A stretch of 64,000 bases of DNA, from contig CBDBDQ010000005.1 in assembly GCA_965203905.1 (NCBI GenBank), positions 3,904,001 through 3,968,000 of the forward strand. The letters run 5' to 3'. Each line of letters opens with the position of its first letter. Position 1 is the stretch's first letter. Positions 8,592-18,414 of the stretch are shown here, one piece after another. Below the pieces are notes generated by a model. The model had not been told where the DNA came from, searched no databases, and was given only the letters and a program-made list of their open reading frames with translations. Made by a program: the position numbers and the translations under genes. The DNA is from Spirochaetia bacterium (GTDB lineage Bacteria; Spirochaetota; Spirochaetia; SZUA-6; Bin103).

Positions 8592-9082
8592 CCGCTCCGG
8601 AGCCGCTGAATCCCCGGCACGACGTATCGCAGTTCGACTGCGGAGCACCTGGCCTGAATACCTGGCTGCAGCGAAAGGCCCGGCTGAACGAGGCCAAGGG
8701 TGGGGCCAGGACATACGTCGTCTGCGACGAGGATCGCGTAGTCGCCTTTTACAGCTTGGCAGCCAGTTCCGTCGAACGACGCCGGGTGTCGTCTCGCGTC
8801 GGCCGGAGTATGCCCGAACCAGTCCCGGTTATCCTGCTCGGACAGCTTGCAGTCGACGCGGCATACCAGGGAAGGGGCCTGGGAGCTGACCTGCTGTCCG
8901 ATGCCGGAAGAAGATCGCTGGCTGCGGCCGAGGTAATCGGAGCGCGTGCCATCATCGTCCAGGCGCTCGACGAGCGAGCGGCGACATTCTACCAGCGATG
9001 GGGCTTCCGTCCGTTGTCGGATCGCGAGCCGCTCATGTTGATCCTCCGCCTCTCCGAGCTGAGCTCGGCGCTGAGAGGATGA
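8579..9082 (+). CDS. GNAT acetyltransferase toxin (TacT/AtaT-like)
   Basis: HDVSQFDCG...LGQLAVDAAYQGRGLGADLL...FYQRWGF; overlaps the antitoxin. Confidence 0.9.
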   Translation: MGAITAPEPLNPRHDVSQFDCGAPGLNTWLQRKARLNEAKGGARTYVVCDEDRVVAFYSLAASSVERRRVSSRVGRSMPEPVPVILLGQLAVDAAYQGRGLGADLLSDAGRRSLAAAEVIGARAIIVQALDERAATFYQRWGFRPLSDREPLMLILRLSELSSALRG

Positions 9083-9258
9083 CCGTGCCGGTGTCGCCGG
9101 GTGAGGTCGCCCGGACCAGGCAGAGCAGCGCACTGTTGCGGCGGGGAGAGTGCGGCGCATATCATTTTTCACTACGCCCGTCCGGCTTGGCGTTGCTTGG
9201 TTCTGCGCAGGCCGAACGGACTATGGTACGGCACGGCGCGCAGCGCCGGGGAGGGCAG

Positions 9259-9609
9259 GTGCGCAAGAGTCATACCGCGGCCATGGAGATCTTCTCCGCC
9301 AAGGCCAACGGCCCCGTGGCGACCGAGCCGTACGAGGCTGGCTGGGCGCGCGAGGCGCTGGCGGTGATCTACTGCCACGAGGTGCACGGGCCGGCGCCGC
9401 GGCTGGAACTGCGAGTAGAGATCTCCGCCGACGGGGTGCGCTGGATCGACTTCGGGCAGGCGTTTCCCGCCGTCAGCGAGCCGGGCGGCTATTTCCTGAA
9501 CCTGGCCGGCTTCGGCAACTGGCTGCGGCTGGCGGGTGCCGTGTCCGGCGGCCCGGATGACGGCGCGGCCGCCATGGTGGTGGACATCTACTGGGTGTTG
9601 AAGGAGTAA
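9259..9609 (+). CDS. Conserved hypothetical beta-rich protein
   Basis: GTG after GGAGGG; TEPYEAGWAREA...VEISADGVRW...FGNWLRL; 3 bp from the next gene. Confidence 0.7.
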   Translation: MRKSHTAAMEIFSAKANGPVATEPYEAGWAREALAVIYCHEVHGPAPRLELRVEISADGVRWIDFGQAFPAVSEPGGYFLNLAGFGNWLRLAGAVSGGPDDGAAAMVVDIYWVLKE

Positions 9610-9612
9610 CCG

Positions 9613-10593
9613 GTGGCGGAGCTGCCTGATCGAGGCCACGACGAGGCGCTGCGCAAGGCACTGCTGCGCGCCGATCCGCTGCTGTCGCGCTATGACCCGC
9701 TGGAGCGGATGCTGATGCACTGCGACTTCGACGACGGCATCCACGGCTGGCAGACTTACTTTCCCGACTACGACGGTGAATCCGACTATCCGGGCCGCGA
9801 CCCCCACTTCCAGCCGCTGGACGAGATGGTCTCCCAGTCGCGGACCGATCCGAGCATGCGGGTCGATCGCCGCGCCCCCACCGGCGTGCGCGGGGTGCCG
9901 ATGCTGAGCACGCTCACCTCGTGGGACGTGGGCACCTCCGGCAGCTTCCGCGGCACCTACGCGCTGAAGATCCCCACCGCGCCGCTGGCTGGCACCCATA
10001 GCTGGGCGCTGCGCCGGGTCACCTCGCCGTGGCGCGGCAAGGTGCGCTTCGAGTGCTACTTCACCTACAAGGCGGAGCCGTCAGACTTCCGTCTCGGCGA
10101 GTTGGATGTGCGCAGCGTGTTCCTCAGCGTGGATGCCATGGACCTGGGCAACGTGCGCGGCGCGGCGCGGGCGCCGGTGCGCTGGTGGCCGTCGGTGCGC
10201 TACCACAACGCCGAGGGCGGCGAGCTGATCCAGCGCTGGCAGGTCAACTTCAGCGGCTCCAAGGGCACCAAGGACGGCCCCTTCACCGACCTGGAGGACG
10301 GCTACCAGGAACTGGGTTTCAACCGCTCGCCCACCAAGTACCAGTGGCACTACCTGCGCTTCACCTTCGACACCGCCCGCCACGAGTACGTCGACCTGCA
10401 TTGCCACGGACGGGAGTTCGATGTCGCCGGGCGCCGCCACGTGTTCGACCCGCCGCTGACCGGCTTCAGAGCCTCCACCGACCGCTGCGCCGGCCTGCTG
10501 AACTTCGGCATCGGCATCGAGACCAACAGCGACAAGCGCTGCTTCCTCTACCTCGACTCCATCGTGGTGTCGGTGGAGCCGGAAGTCCCCTGA
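9613..10593 (+). CDS. Hypothetical protein, probably DUF6772 family
   Basis: DPLLSRYDPLERMLMHCDFDDGIHGW and PTKYQWHYLRF; strong GC3 bias. Confidence 0.65.
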   Translation: MAELPDRGHDEALRKALLRADPLLSRYDPLERMLMHCDFDDGIHGWQTYFPDYDGESDYPGRDPHFQPLDEMVSQSRTDPSMRVDRRAPTGVRGVPMLSTLTSWDVGTSGSFRGTYALKIPTAPLAGTHSWALRRVTSPWRGKVRFECYFTYKAEPSDFRLGELDVRSVFLSVDAMDLGNVRGAARAPVRWWPSVRYHNAEGGELIQRWQVNFSGSKGTKDGPFTDLEDGYQELGFNRSPTKYQWHYLRFTFDTARHEYVDLHCHGREFDVAGRRHVFDPPLTGFRASTDRCAGLLNFGIGIETNSDKRCFLYLDSIVVSVEPEVP

Positions 10594-10610
10594 GGTGCGT
10601 CGCACAGGGA

Positions 10611-10770
10611 TTACGTTTTGCCTTCCTCACGCTCCGGTTTCTGCTCCTCCGGTCCGTTGCGAAGCTCCGCAATCGTCCGATCCACGTCTGCCGCGCGCAT
10701 GACTGGCTGACCGGCCTGGGGAACCGCGACCACGAGCGAGTCGCGGCGTTGCAGGGTGACCGGTGGCGGG
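10611..10770 (-). pseudogene. 3' half of a second AbrB-type antitoxin, paralog of 6577-6849
   Basis: VTLQRRDSLVVAVPQAGQPVMRAADVDRTIAELRNGP versus VILQRRSSLVVAVPNENQPVMRAAEVTRTIAELRNGP. Confidence 0.75.
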
Positions 10771-12150
10771 TCGGGATGCCCCGCGAGGGCTGCAGCAGGG
10801 GCACGTCCACCGCTGCGGTCGCGAGGGACCAGCCGGTCGCGCATGTTGTTGCGGATCGCGGGAGTCGGCGAGCAGGCGGTCACGGACTGCGGCGCTATCC
10901 ACGTCACGGATTCCGGTGCGGCGGCCCAGGGCGAGGGCGGCGGCGTGCGCCACGGCTTGGCCCGCCAGGCAACTCGTGGCCATTATGCGCGCCGACGCCA
11001 TCGCCGGCCGGTCAGCGGAGAAGCAGCGCCCGGCGACGAAGCAGTTGGCCAGCCCCGCCACCACCAGCAAGCGGTAGGGGATCTGATAGGGCGGCACCAC
11101 TTCGTCGTGGTTGTGGGCGTCGATGGTGAAGGAGCCGTGCGCCACGCTGTCGGCGAACTGGCGCCCGGCGCGGACATCGGCCGCGCCGAGCACGTAGTCG
11201 CCGCGGATGCGCCGCCCCTCCCGCACGCCCAGCACCGGGGCGGCGAAGTCGAACACCCAGCGCGCGTCGTGGTGCTCCTGGAAGTGGCGCACCGCCTCGG
11301 GGATACGGGCGCGCATCTCTTCCTCCGCGCGTGACAGGCCTTCGCCGGAGCCGGTATCGAACGTGTAATCGAACAGCTTGAACTTGAGGCTGGTGCGCCC
11401 CCGCGGCTCGGCCCAGACGCTGTAGTCGGGCTCCTCGCCGGGGCGGTAGTGGCGCAGGATCAGTGGCTGGCGCGCCGGGGCCGGCCCGTCGACCCGGCGC
11501 AGGAAGATCATCAGGCTCGGCTTGATCATCTGTGGCAGCACCGGATCGGCCACCGGCAGGGTGCGCGCGCCGGCGTGGCGCGCCAGAATGGCGTCACCGG
11601 TGGCATCCACGAATAACGGCGCGCGCACCGCCTGCAGCAGGGAGCGGTTGTGCAGCACCGTCTCGGTGATGCGGTCGCGGTCGACAGCCGCCCCCACCAC
11701 GTCGGTGCACAGCAGCAGTTCCACGCCGGCCTCGCGCGCCAGATGCTGCAGTACCAGCGGCAGCACCGCGTGGTCGTTGGTGTGATTCTCCCGCTCCAGC
11801 GGGGCGCTGCGCCTGACCTGCCAGCCGGCCTCCTCGCCGATGGCGCCTGCCGCTGCCATCGCCTCCAGCACGTCGTCGAACACGCGGCCATTTCCGATGG
11901 GAGCGCCGAAGCCGTAGCAGAAGTTGCCCACGCCGCCGGCGGTACCCATGCCAAGCTGGGCTTGGCGTTCGACCAGCAGCGTCTTGAGCCCGGCGCGCCC
12001 GGCGGCGCAGGCGGCGCCGAACCCTGCCATGCCGCCTCCCGCCACCACCAGGTCGAACTCGCCGGCCACCGGCACCTCGCGCCGGAACCGGATTGTCTCC
12101 CCTCCAGGGCCCCGAGGCGCCCCGGAATCCGTCACGCGTCGTGACCTCAT
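10627..12150 (-). CDS. FAD-dependent oxidoreductase; C-terminus reads into the AbrB remnant
   Basis: DLVVAGGGMAGFGAA, FVDATGDA, GVREGRRIRGDY, YQIPYRLL, AGRCFSAD; ATGA-coupled to the upstream gene. Confidence 0.85.
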   Translation of the reverse strand: MRSRRVTDSGAPRGPGGETIRFRREVPVAGEFDLVVAGGGMAGFGAACAAGRAGLKTLLVERQAQLGMGTAGGVGNFCYGFGAPIGNGRVFDDVLEAMAAAGAIGEEAGWQVRRSAPLERENHTNDHAVLPLVLQHLAREAGVELLLCTDVVGAAVDRDRITETVLHNRSLLQAVRAPLFVDATGDAILARHAGARTLPVADPVLPQMIKPSLMIFLRRVDGPAPARQPLILRHYRPGEEPDYSVWAEPRGRTSLKFKLFDYTFDTGSGEGLSRAEEEMRARIPEAVRHFQEHHDARWVFDFAAPVLGVREGRRIRGDYVLGAADVRAGRQFADSVAHGSFTIDAHNHDEVVPPYQIPYRLLVVAGLANCFVAGRCFSADRPAMASARIMATSCLAGQAVAHAAALALGRRTGIRDVDSAAVRDRLLADSRDPQQHARPAGPSRPQRWTCPCCSPRGASRPATGHPATPRLARGRGSPGRSASHARGRRGSDDCGASQRTGGAETGA

Positions 12151-12941
12151 GGAGCGGCGAAGTTCGCAAGGAACCGGCGGCACGCTAGCGCTACCTCGTC
12201 CGGCCGCTCGACGTGGAGGTAGTGGGAGACGCCCCGGATCACGTGCAGCTCGATGTTGCCGCGCGCGGGGATGCCGAGCGCCTCCCGGGTCGGCGCGGCC
12301 CGGCCGCGGTCGCCGTAGAGCTCCACCACGGGCAGCCGAATGGCCGCCAGGATCGGGCCGCCGTCCCAGCGGCGCCAGATGCGGCTGAAGCGGGTCACCT
12401 GGTCCGGGCTCCAGCGCCCGGTGACGTGCGCCCGGCGCGCCTGCCGGTCGGCTTCCTGCCGCGCGGACAGCGTACCGGTCATGTCGCCGCCGAACGCGGC
12501 GCGCGCCGCGCGGTGGTTGGTCCAGCCCTCCAGGGAGATCACCCCCGCGACCCGTTCCGGAGCGCTCCCGGCCACCTGGATCGCCACCATGCCGCCGATG
12601 CTGTGGCCGCCGACGCACACCGGGCGCTCGTACAGCCGCTCGAGCACGCCCACCACCTGCTTCGCGAACCGTTCGATGGAGCCGTCCACCGCCGGCGGCC
12701 AACTGCGCCCGTGGCCCGGCAACTCGACCACGCAGACCGCCATCCCGTCGCCGAGGCGTTCGATGAGCGGGGCAAACACGCGGCGGTCGTCGAAGCTTCC
12801 GGGAATCAGCACCAGCGGGGTCTCCTTCCCACCCCGCGCCGACCAGCCGATCAGCCCGCCGCCCACTTCCCGCTCGATCTGCCCCAGCCGGAAGCGGCCG
12901 CCGAGCAGCGGGTCGCCGTCCGCTCCGCCCGTGCCGCTCAC
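12147..12941 (-). CDS. Alpha/beta hydrolase
   Basis: ELPGHGRS, GHSIGG nucleophile elbow, C-terminal His (VSHYLH). Confidence 0.85.
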   Translation of the reverse strand: MSGTGGADGDPLLGGRFRLGQIEREVGGGLIGWSARGGKETPLVLIPGSFDDRRVFAPLIERLGDGMAVCVVELPGHGRSWPPAVDGSIERFAKQVVGVLERLYERPVCVGGHSIGGMVAIQVAGSAPERVAGVISLEGWTNHRAARAAFGGDMTGTLSARQEADRQARRAHVTGRWSPDQVTRFSRIWRRWDGGPILAAIRLPVVELYGDRGRAAPTREALGIPARGNIELHVIRGVSHYLHVERPDEVALACRRFLANFAAP

Positions 12942-13837
12942 TGCTTGAGGCCGCTCAGCACCACGCCGCGCACGATGTGACGCTGCAGCACGAAGAACAT
13001 CACGATGGTCGGGATCGTCACCATGATCGACGCCGCCATCAGCCAGTTCTCATGCGGGTCACCGCCGGAGTCGACCAGGTAGTTGCTCTTGATGTAGCTC
13101 AGGCCGAGCTGCAGCGTGTACTTGGCGGTCGAGTTCAGGTAGATGAGCGGGTCGATGAAGCTGTTCCAGTGCGAACGGAAGCCGAGGATGCCGACCGCGA
13201 TCAGCGCCGGCTGGATCAGCGGCATCAGGATGCGCCAGAACACGATCCAGGGGTTGGCGCCGTCGATGCGGGCGGCGTCGTCGAAGTCGCGCGGCACGGT
13301 CATGAAGAACTGGCGCAGCAGGAACACGCTGAAGGCGTGGCCGAACCAGAACGGCACGATCAGCGGCAGGTAGGTGTCGATCCAGCGAAGCTGCGCGTAC
13401 AGCAGGTACTGCGGTATGAGGATCACCTGCTGCGGCAACATCATCGTGCTCAGCAGCAGCACGAACAGCGCGTTGCGGCCCTTGAACCGGAAGCGGGCGA
13501 AGCCGTACGCCACCAGGGCGCTGATGAGCACCTGGCCGGCGAGCGCCGCGACGGTGATGATGACGGAGTTGCGGGCGAACAGCAGGAAGGGGACGATGCG
13601 GAACACTTCCAGGTAGTTCACCCACTCCCACTCACGCGGAAAGAGCTGCGGCGGGTAGCTGTACAGGACGCCGGACGACTTCAGCGAGCCCGTGATCGCC
13701 CACAGCATCGGCAGAAACAGCACCGTGGATGCGACCAGCAGGCTCAGGTAGGTGAACGCCAGGCCGAGGTCGCTCGTCAGCCGCCGGCCGTGCCGGTAGC
13801 CGCGACTCGGCGTCGCCAGTGGCTCAGGAGCCGCCAT
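12938..13837 (-). CDS. Carbohydrate ABC transporter permease (MalG-like)
   Basis: TM helices; DAARIDGA EAA loop. Confidence 0.92.
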   Translation of the reverse strand: MAAPEPLATPSRGYRHGRRLTSDLGLAFTYLSLLVASTVLFLPMLWAITGSLKSSGVLYSYPPQLFPREWEWVNYLEVFRIVPFLLFARNSVIITVAALAGQVLISALVAYGFARFRFKGRNALFVLLLSTMMLPQQVILIPQYLLYAQLRWIDTYLPLIVPFWFGHAFSVFLLRQFFMTVPRDFDDAARIDGANPWIVFWRILMPLIQPALIAVGILGFRSHWNSFIDPLIYLNSTAKYTLQLGLSYIKSNYLVDSGGDPHENWLMAASIMVTIPTIVMFFVLQRHIVRGVVLSGLKQ

Positions 13838-14714
13838 AGTAGACCCAGCGCCGGGCGCCGCGGAACTGAATCAGCGTGAACGCCAGCAGCAGGAGGAGCA
13901 TGATCCAGGCCAGCGCGCTGGCGTAGCCCATGCGGAAGTAGTTGAACGCGTTGCGGTACAGGTACAGCACGTAGAACAGGGTGGAGTTGTCGGGTCCGCC
14001 GTCGGTGGCGATGTAGGCCACCGAGAATTGCTGGAAGCTGCCGATGATGTCGATGATCACGTTGAAGAAGATCGTCGGCGTGAGGTGGGGCAGCGTGACC
14101 GCGATGAACACCCGCCACACGCCCGCTCCGTCGATGCGCGCCGCTTCGCGCAGTTCCTCGGGCACCCCCTGCAGACCGGCCAGGTAGATGATCATGCGCG
14201 CGCCGCCGATGCCCCACAGCGTGACCAACGCCAGACCGGGCACCGCCCATTCGCGGCTCGCCAGCCAGGCGGGGCCATCGATGCCGAACAGGGCGAGCGC
14301 TCCGTTCATCAGGCCGAACCGGGGCTGCAGAAACCACAGCCAGATCGAAGCCGCCGCTACGATGGGCGTCACCGACGGCAGGTACAGAACGGTTCTGAAG
14401 AACGACTTGAACCGAATCTGGCGATGGATCAGCAGCGCCAGCGCCAGCGAGCCAACCTGGCCAAGCGGCACGTCCAGCGCCAGGTAGTAGGCGGTAACGG
14501 CCAGACTCTTCCAGAACAGGGGATCGAACGCGATCTCGTAGTAGTTCTCGATCCCGAGGAAGCTGAGTCCCGGCGCGATGATGCTGTAGTCGGTGAAACT
14601 CAGCACCAGCGACGCGACCATCGGCCCGATGAAGAACACCAGGACGCCGATCAGCCAGGGTGAGATGAACAGGTAGCCCTGTACGTCCTCGCGCTGCAAT
14701 CCGCGCCGCAACAT
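13824..14714 (-). CDS. Carbohydrate ABC transporter permease (MalF-like)
   Basis: LAGLQGVPEELREAARIDGA; FRMGYASA. Confidence 0.92.
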   Translation of the reverse strand: MLRRGLQREDVQGYLFISPWLIGVLVFFIGPMVASLVLSFTDYSIIAPGLSFLGIENYYEIAFDPLFWKSLAVTAYYLALDVPLGQVGSLALALLIHRQIRFKSFFRTVLYLPSVTPIVAAASIWLWFLQPRFGLMNGALALFGIDGPAWLASREWAVPGLALVTLWGIGGARMIIYLAGLQGVPEELREAARIDGAGVWRVFIAVTLPHLTPTIFFNVIIDIIGSFQQFSVAYIATDGGPDNSTLFYVLYLYRNAFNYFRMGYASALAWIMLLLLLAFTLIQFRGARRWVYYGGS

Positions 14715-14734
14715 GACCGGCTTCGGCGGCTAGG

Positions 14735-14778
14735 CGAAGTGGCGTGGGCGGCGCACCACCCGCGGCCACGCCACTTCG
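14735..14778. terminator. Intercistronic stem-loop between solute-binding and permease genes (mRNA stabiliser or attenuator)
   Basis: Perfect 13-bp inverted repeat CGAAGTGGCGTGG / CCACGCCACTTCG. Confidence 0.6.
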
Positions 14779-14788
14779 AACCGCGACT

Positions 14789-16075
14789 TTACAGGCTGCG
14801 CTGCCGCAGCAGGCGGGTGATGTCGCGATGCAGGTCGGGCAGCACGTCCGCCGGCTGCTCACCGAGGACGTACATGCGCTCGATGGCGTTGCGCACCAGC
14901 TCGACGTACTGCGGGCGGCGCAGGTTTTCCGGCCAGACCGGGAGGTTGTAGGGGCGCACCTCGTAGATCGGCAGGAACTGCTGCACGAACGGATCGTCGG
15001 CGAACTGCGGATCCTGGTTCACCGCCGGCCGCGTGCCGATGTTGAAGCCCATCTCGACGTATTCGCGGTTGATCTCTTCCGACGTGAAGTACTTGATCCA
15101 CTCGAACGCGGCCTGCGGACTGCGCGTGCTCTTCAGGATGCTGAGGCAGCCGGCCACGTACTGCTGAAACCTGCCCATCGGCCCGGCCGGCAGCGGCGCC
15201 ATGTTGAACTCGTCGTCCTCTCCCATCTGCGCCTTGTAGAAGTTGCGGTTCCAGTAGTTGCCGATATTCATGGCGATCCGCCCGGAGCCGAACATCTCGT
15301 GCAGGTTGCCCTCCATCTGGTCGCCGGTCGGGGCCGAGTTGTCCTGGTAGATCAGGTCGTAGATGAATTGCGCGCCGGCCAGCGACTCGGGCGTGTCTGC
15401 CAGCGACTCGGTGCCGTCCCGACTGAGGAACCCGCCGCCGAAGCCATTGAGAATCATCTCCACCTCGACGTCGCTCATCGAGTAGCCGGTGCCGAACACC
15501 TCCGGGTTGCCGTCGTTGTCACTGTCCACCCGCAGGCTGCGCGCGGTTGCCGCCCAGTCGTCGGTGGTCCAGTCGGCGGACGGCGCCGCCATGCCGGACC
15601 CGGCGAAGAACTTGTTGTTGTACCACAGCACCGGGCGCGGCAGCGCGGTATACGGCAACCCGTACAGCTTGCCGTCGACCGTCAGCATGTCGATGGCCGC
15701 GGCGTAGTAGTTCTCCTTGTCGAGCCCGCTCTGCGCGGCGTACTCGTCGATCGGCACGATGGTGCCCTGGCGCGCGTACTGAGTGAGGTTGATCTCGGGG
15801 TTGGTGCGCACCACGTCGACGTGCTGGTTGGTGGCCACCGCGATCAGGATCTTCTGGTCGGCCTCGGCGCGGCTCGACGACAGGTGCACCACCTCCAGCT
15901 CGATGTCGGGAAACGCCTCCTCGAAGCGCGGCTTCAGGTCGTCGCGGATCCACTCGAACTCGGCGGCACCGATGCGGTACCAGAACACCACCTTCTCCGC
16001 GACCGCCAGTGCCGGCACCAGTCCACACCAGACCAGCGCCGCCAGCGCCACCAGGCCAATACGATTGCGTAGCAT
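14789..16075 (-). CDS. Sugar ABC transporter substrate-binding protein
   Basis: Signal peptide MLRNRIGLVALAALVW..ALA; DGKLYGLP; FGSGRIAM; AAFEWIKYFTS. Confidence 0.9.
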   Translation of the reverse strand: MLRNRIGLVALAALVWCGLVPALAVAEKVVFWYRIGAAEFEWIRDDLKPRFEEAFPDIELEVVHLSSSRAEADQKILIAVATNQHVDVVRTNPEINLTQYARQGTIVPIDEYAAQSGLDKENYYAAAIDMLTVDGKLYGLPYTALPRPVLWYNNKFFAGSGMAAPSADWTTDDWAATARSLRVDSDNDGNPEVFGTGYSMSDVEVEMILNGFGGGFLSRDGTESLADTPESLAGAQFIYDLIYQDNSAPTGDQMEGNLHEMFGSGRIAMNIGNYWNRNFYKAQMGEDDEFNMAPLPAGPMGRFQQYVAGCLSILKSTRSPQAAFEWIKYFTSEEINREYVEMGFNIGTRPAVNQDPQFADDPFVQQFLPIYEVRPYNLPVWPENLRRPQYVELVRNAIERMYVLGEQPADVLPDLHRDITRLLRQRSL

Positions 16076-16142
16076 TTGTTTCCTCTCCTTGGCCGCGGCG
16101 TGTCGGGACGGCCCGCCGGGCCCCAACCAAATTGTGGCGGCG

Positions 16143-16170
16143 ATTATATTCCGCCCCTCCGGCCCGTCAA
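16143..16170 (-). promoter_or_regulatory. sigma70 promoter TTGACG-N16-TATAAT for the ABC operon
   Basis: Minus strand -35 at 16170-16165, -10 at 16148-16143. Confidence 0.65.
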
Positions 16171-16222
16171 GCGATGCAGCCGGCGCGGCAGGGCGGCGTG
16201 GACGCAGTGCCGCGCCCGGCGG

Positions 16223-18334
16223 TCATCGAGCAGGAACGGGCTGGCGTTCCTTGAGCGCAGCGACCAGGTCGGCGCTGTCGTGGTGCCAGTTGGCGTCCGC
16301 GGCCCGGGCGTGCGCACCATCGCTGACGACGGCATCGAGCGCCACGCGGAGGCAGCGAATCGCCGCGCCGTCGAGGCACGCCAACACGACGCCGTCCGCG
16401 GTCGCGGCCATGGCACACGGGCCGCTGCCGCCGGGTACGGCTACCATGGTCTGCCGCCAGGAGCCGCCACCGGTGGAGGTGCCCAGCACGACACCTTCCT
16501 GGGTAGCCCACGCCGCCGCGTACAAGCGCCGCGTGCCGAGGGCGGCGTGATCGTCCTCGGTAAGCGTCAGCGCCACCACCGCGGCCCCCGGCGCGGGCGG
16601 TACGGCCGCCGCGGCCCCGTTGGCGCCGGCGGTGCCATGCGCGGTTCGCCAGCTGCGGCCACCGTCTGCGGACATCCAGCGGCGGTCGCCATCGGACACG
16701 ACCACCTCCGGTGGCGCATCGGTCTCCACTACCTCGGAGGCCATGGCGGCTACCTGCTCCACGCCCTCGGTGCGGCTGCGTGCGCCGTCCGCCACCGCGA
16801 ACGCCAGGCGGACGCCGGCCGCCGCGGCCTCCAGGCGGCCTACGGCGACCGCCGGCTGCCAGCGCTCCTCGTAACGGCGCAGCACGCTCAGCGTGCCGCC
16901 GGCCGCGTACGCGACCAGCACTTCTCCCGTGGGCAGCTCGGCGATCGCCAGGTCGCTGACCGGCGCAGCCACCTGCGCTGCGTGCTCGACGTAACCGCGG
17001 CGGCGACGCAGGTAGCTGTAGTAGGGGGCCAGGTCGAGGCGCGCGCCGGCTTCCCGCAGGCGTGCGCGCAGTGCCGGCACGTCCACCGCATCCACCGAAC
17101 GCGCCGGCGCCGCCAGCGCGGCCGCTACGCCGGCCGCGAAGCCGGTCTGGGCGCAGGTGCCCATCACCCGGAACGAGCTGGTGGCCAGGTGGTCGCCGCC
17201 CAGGCAGCGGCCTGGCACCAGCAGGTTGGCTGCGCCGCGCGGGCGCATGGCGCGCAGCGGTATCTGGTGCGGCGGGCACTGCACCGTGATGCCGGTGCCG
17301 GCGCGTTGCACCACGGTGGGCCAGTGGTAGTCGGTGTGGTAGGAGCCCACCGCCACCGCGTCGGGGAAGTGGCGCCCGGCGAGGATGTCGTCGGCGCGCA
17401 GCGAGTAGACCGCGTCCACCCGCCGCCCCTCGCGGATGCCGATGTGCGGCGCCACCCACGCCAGGCGGTGGTTGGGATAGCACGCTCCGCGGTAGCCGCG
17501 CGTCTGCAGGTAGTGCACCACCCCGATCATCTGCCGCCGGCCCGCCTGCTCCGCCGCCGACAGCGAGGCGCCGTCGGTGGCGTCGTGGCCGATCACCTTC
17601 ATCTTCACGGTCACGTGGTAGCCATGTGGGATGACCGTGATCATCGGCACGTCCTCGTCGTCCCGGTAGCGCGGACAGCCGGGCGGGAGCTGCGGCTGCA
17701 CCGGCGCGCCGTTGTCCACCAGGGTGAAGTAGAGGCTCATCGGCAACTGGCGCCGGCCCGCCGCCTCGTCCACCGTCGGCGGGTCGCCCGGCATCAGCAC
17801 CGGGCCGCCCTTGCGGAACGGCCAGCCGCCGCGCGCCACCAGGTCGGCATCGCCGGTGGCGTCCACCGCCACCGCGGGTGCGACCCGGGTCAGGCCGCTC
17901 TTGTTGGCCAGCACCACGCCGGCCACGCGTTCGCCCTCCCGCTCCACGGCCAGTACCTGCGTGTGCAGCAGCAGTTCCACGCCCGCCTCGGCGAGCATCT
18001 CCTGCAGCACGAACTTCAGGCTCTCGCAGTCGAAGGCGCGCCCGTCGGCGTTGGGCCGGTAGCGGTGGATGCCGCCGAAGGCGTCAAGCCGGCGCAACAT
18101 CTCGCGCCAGCGGTCGTTGACGAAGCGGGTCTCGCCGCAGAAGGTGTGCACCCCGCCGGCGGTGCCCTGCCCGCCGACGAAACCGTGCTGCTCGACCAGC
18201 AGCACGCCCGCCCCGTGGTCCGCCGCCGCGAGCGCCGCGTACACTCCGGCCACGCCGCCGCCGGCGACCAGGACGGCCACGCTCCGCTGTGCGCGGAGCG
18301 GTAACGTCACGCTACTCTCGTTCATGGTGCTCAT
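16223..18334 (-). CDS. FAD-dependent oxidoreductase with C-terminal Asp-box/BNR-like extension
   Basis: VLVAGGGVAG, VGGQGTAGGV, VDATGDAD, GIREGRR; tail with SADGGRSW and STGGGSW. Confidence 0.85.
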   Translation of the reverse strand: MSTMNESSVTLPLRAQRSVAVLVAGGGVAGVYAALAAADHGAGVLLVEQHGFVGGQGTAGGVHTFCGETRFVNDRWREMLRRLDAFGGIHRYRPNADGRAFDCESLKFVLQEMLAEAGVELLLHTQVLAVEREGERVAGVVLANKSGLTRVAPAVAVDATGDADLVARGGWPFRKGGPVLMPGDPPTVDEAAGRRQLPMSLYFTLVDNGAPVQPQLPPGCPRYRDDEDVPMITVIPHGYHVTVKMKVIGHDATDGASLSAAEQAGRRQMIGVVHYLQTRGYRGACYPNHRLAWVAPHIGIREGRRVDAVYSLRADDILAGRHFPDAVAVGSYHTDYHWPTVVQRAGTGITVQCPPHQIPLRAMRPRGAANLLVPGRCLGGDHLATSSFRVMGTCAQTGFAAGVAAALAAPARSVDAVDVPALRARLREAGARLDLAPYYSYLRRRRGYVEHAAQVAAPVSDLAIAELPTGEVLVAYAAGGTLSVLRRYEERWQPAVAVGRLEAAAAGVRLAFAVADGARSRTEGVEQVAAMASEVVETDAPPEVVVSDGDRRWMSADGGRSWRTAHGTAGANGAAAAVPPAPGAAVVALTLTEDDHAALGTRRLYAAAWATQEGVVLGTSTGGGSWRQTMVAVPGGSGPCAMAATADGVVLACLDGAAIRCLRVALDAVVSDGAHARAADANWHHDSADLVAALKERQPVPAR

Positions 18335-18414
18335 AGATTCGTAGGTGCAATTCTCGTGTCGCAATCTCGCCGCGTCAAATGCTGCGTTCGCCAAACCGGT
18401 CGGACGCGGCTTCG

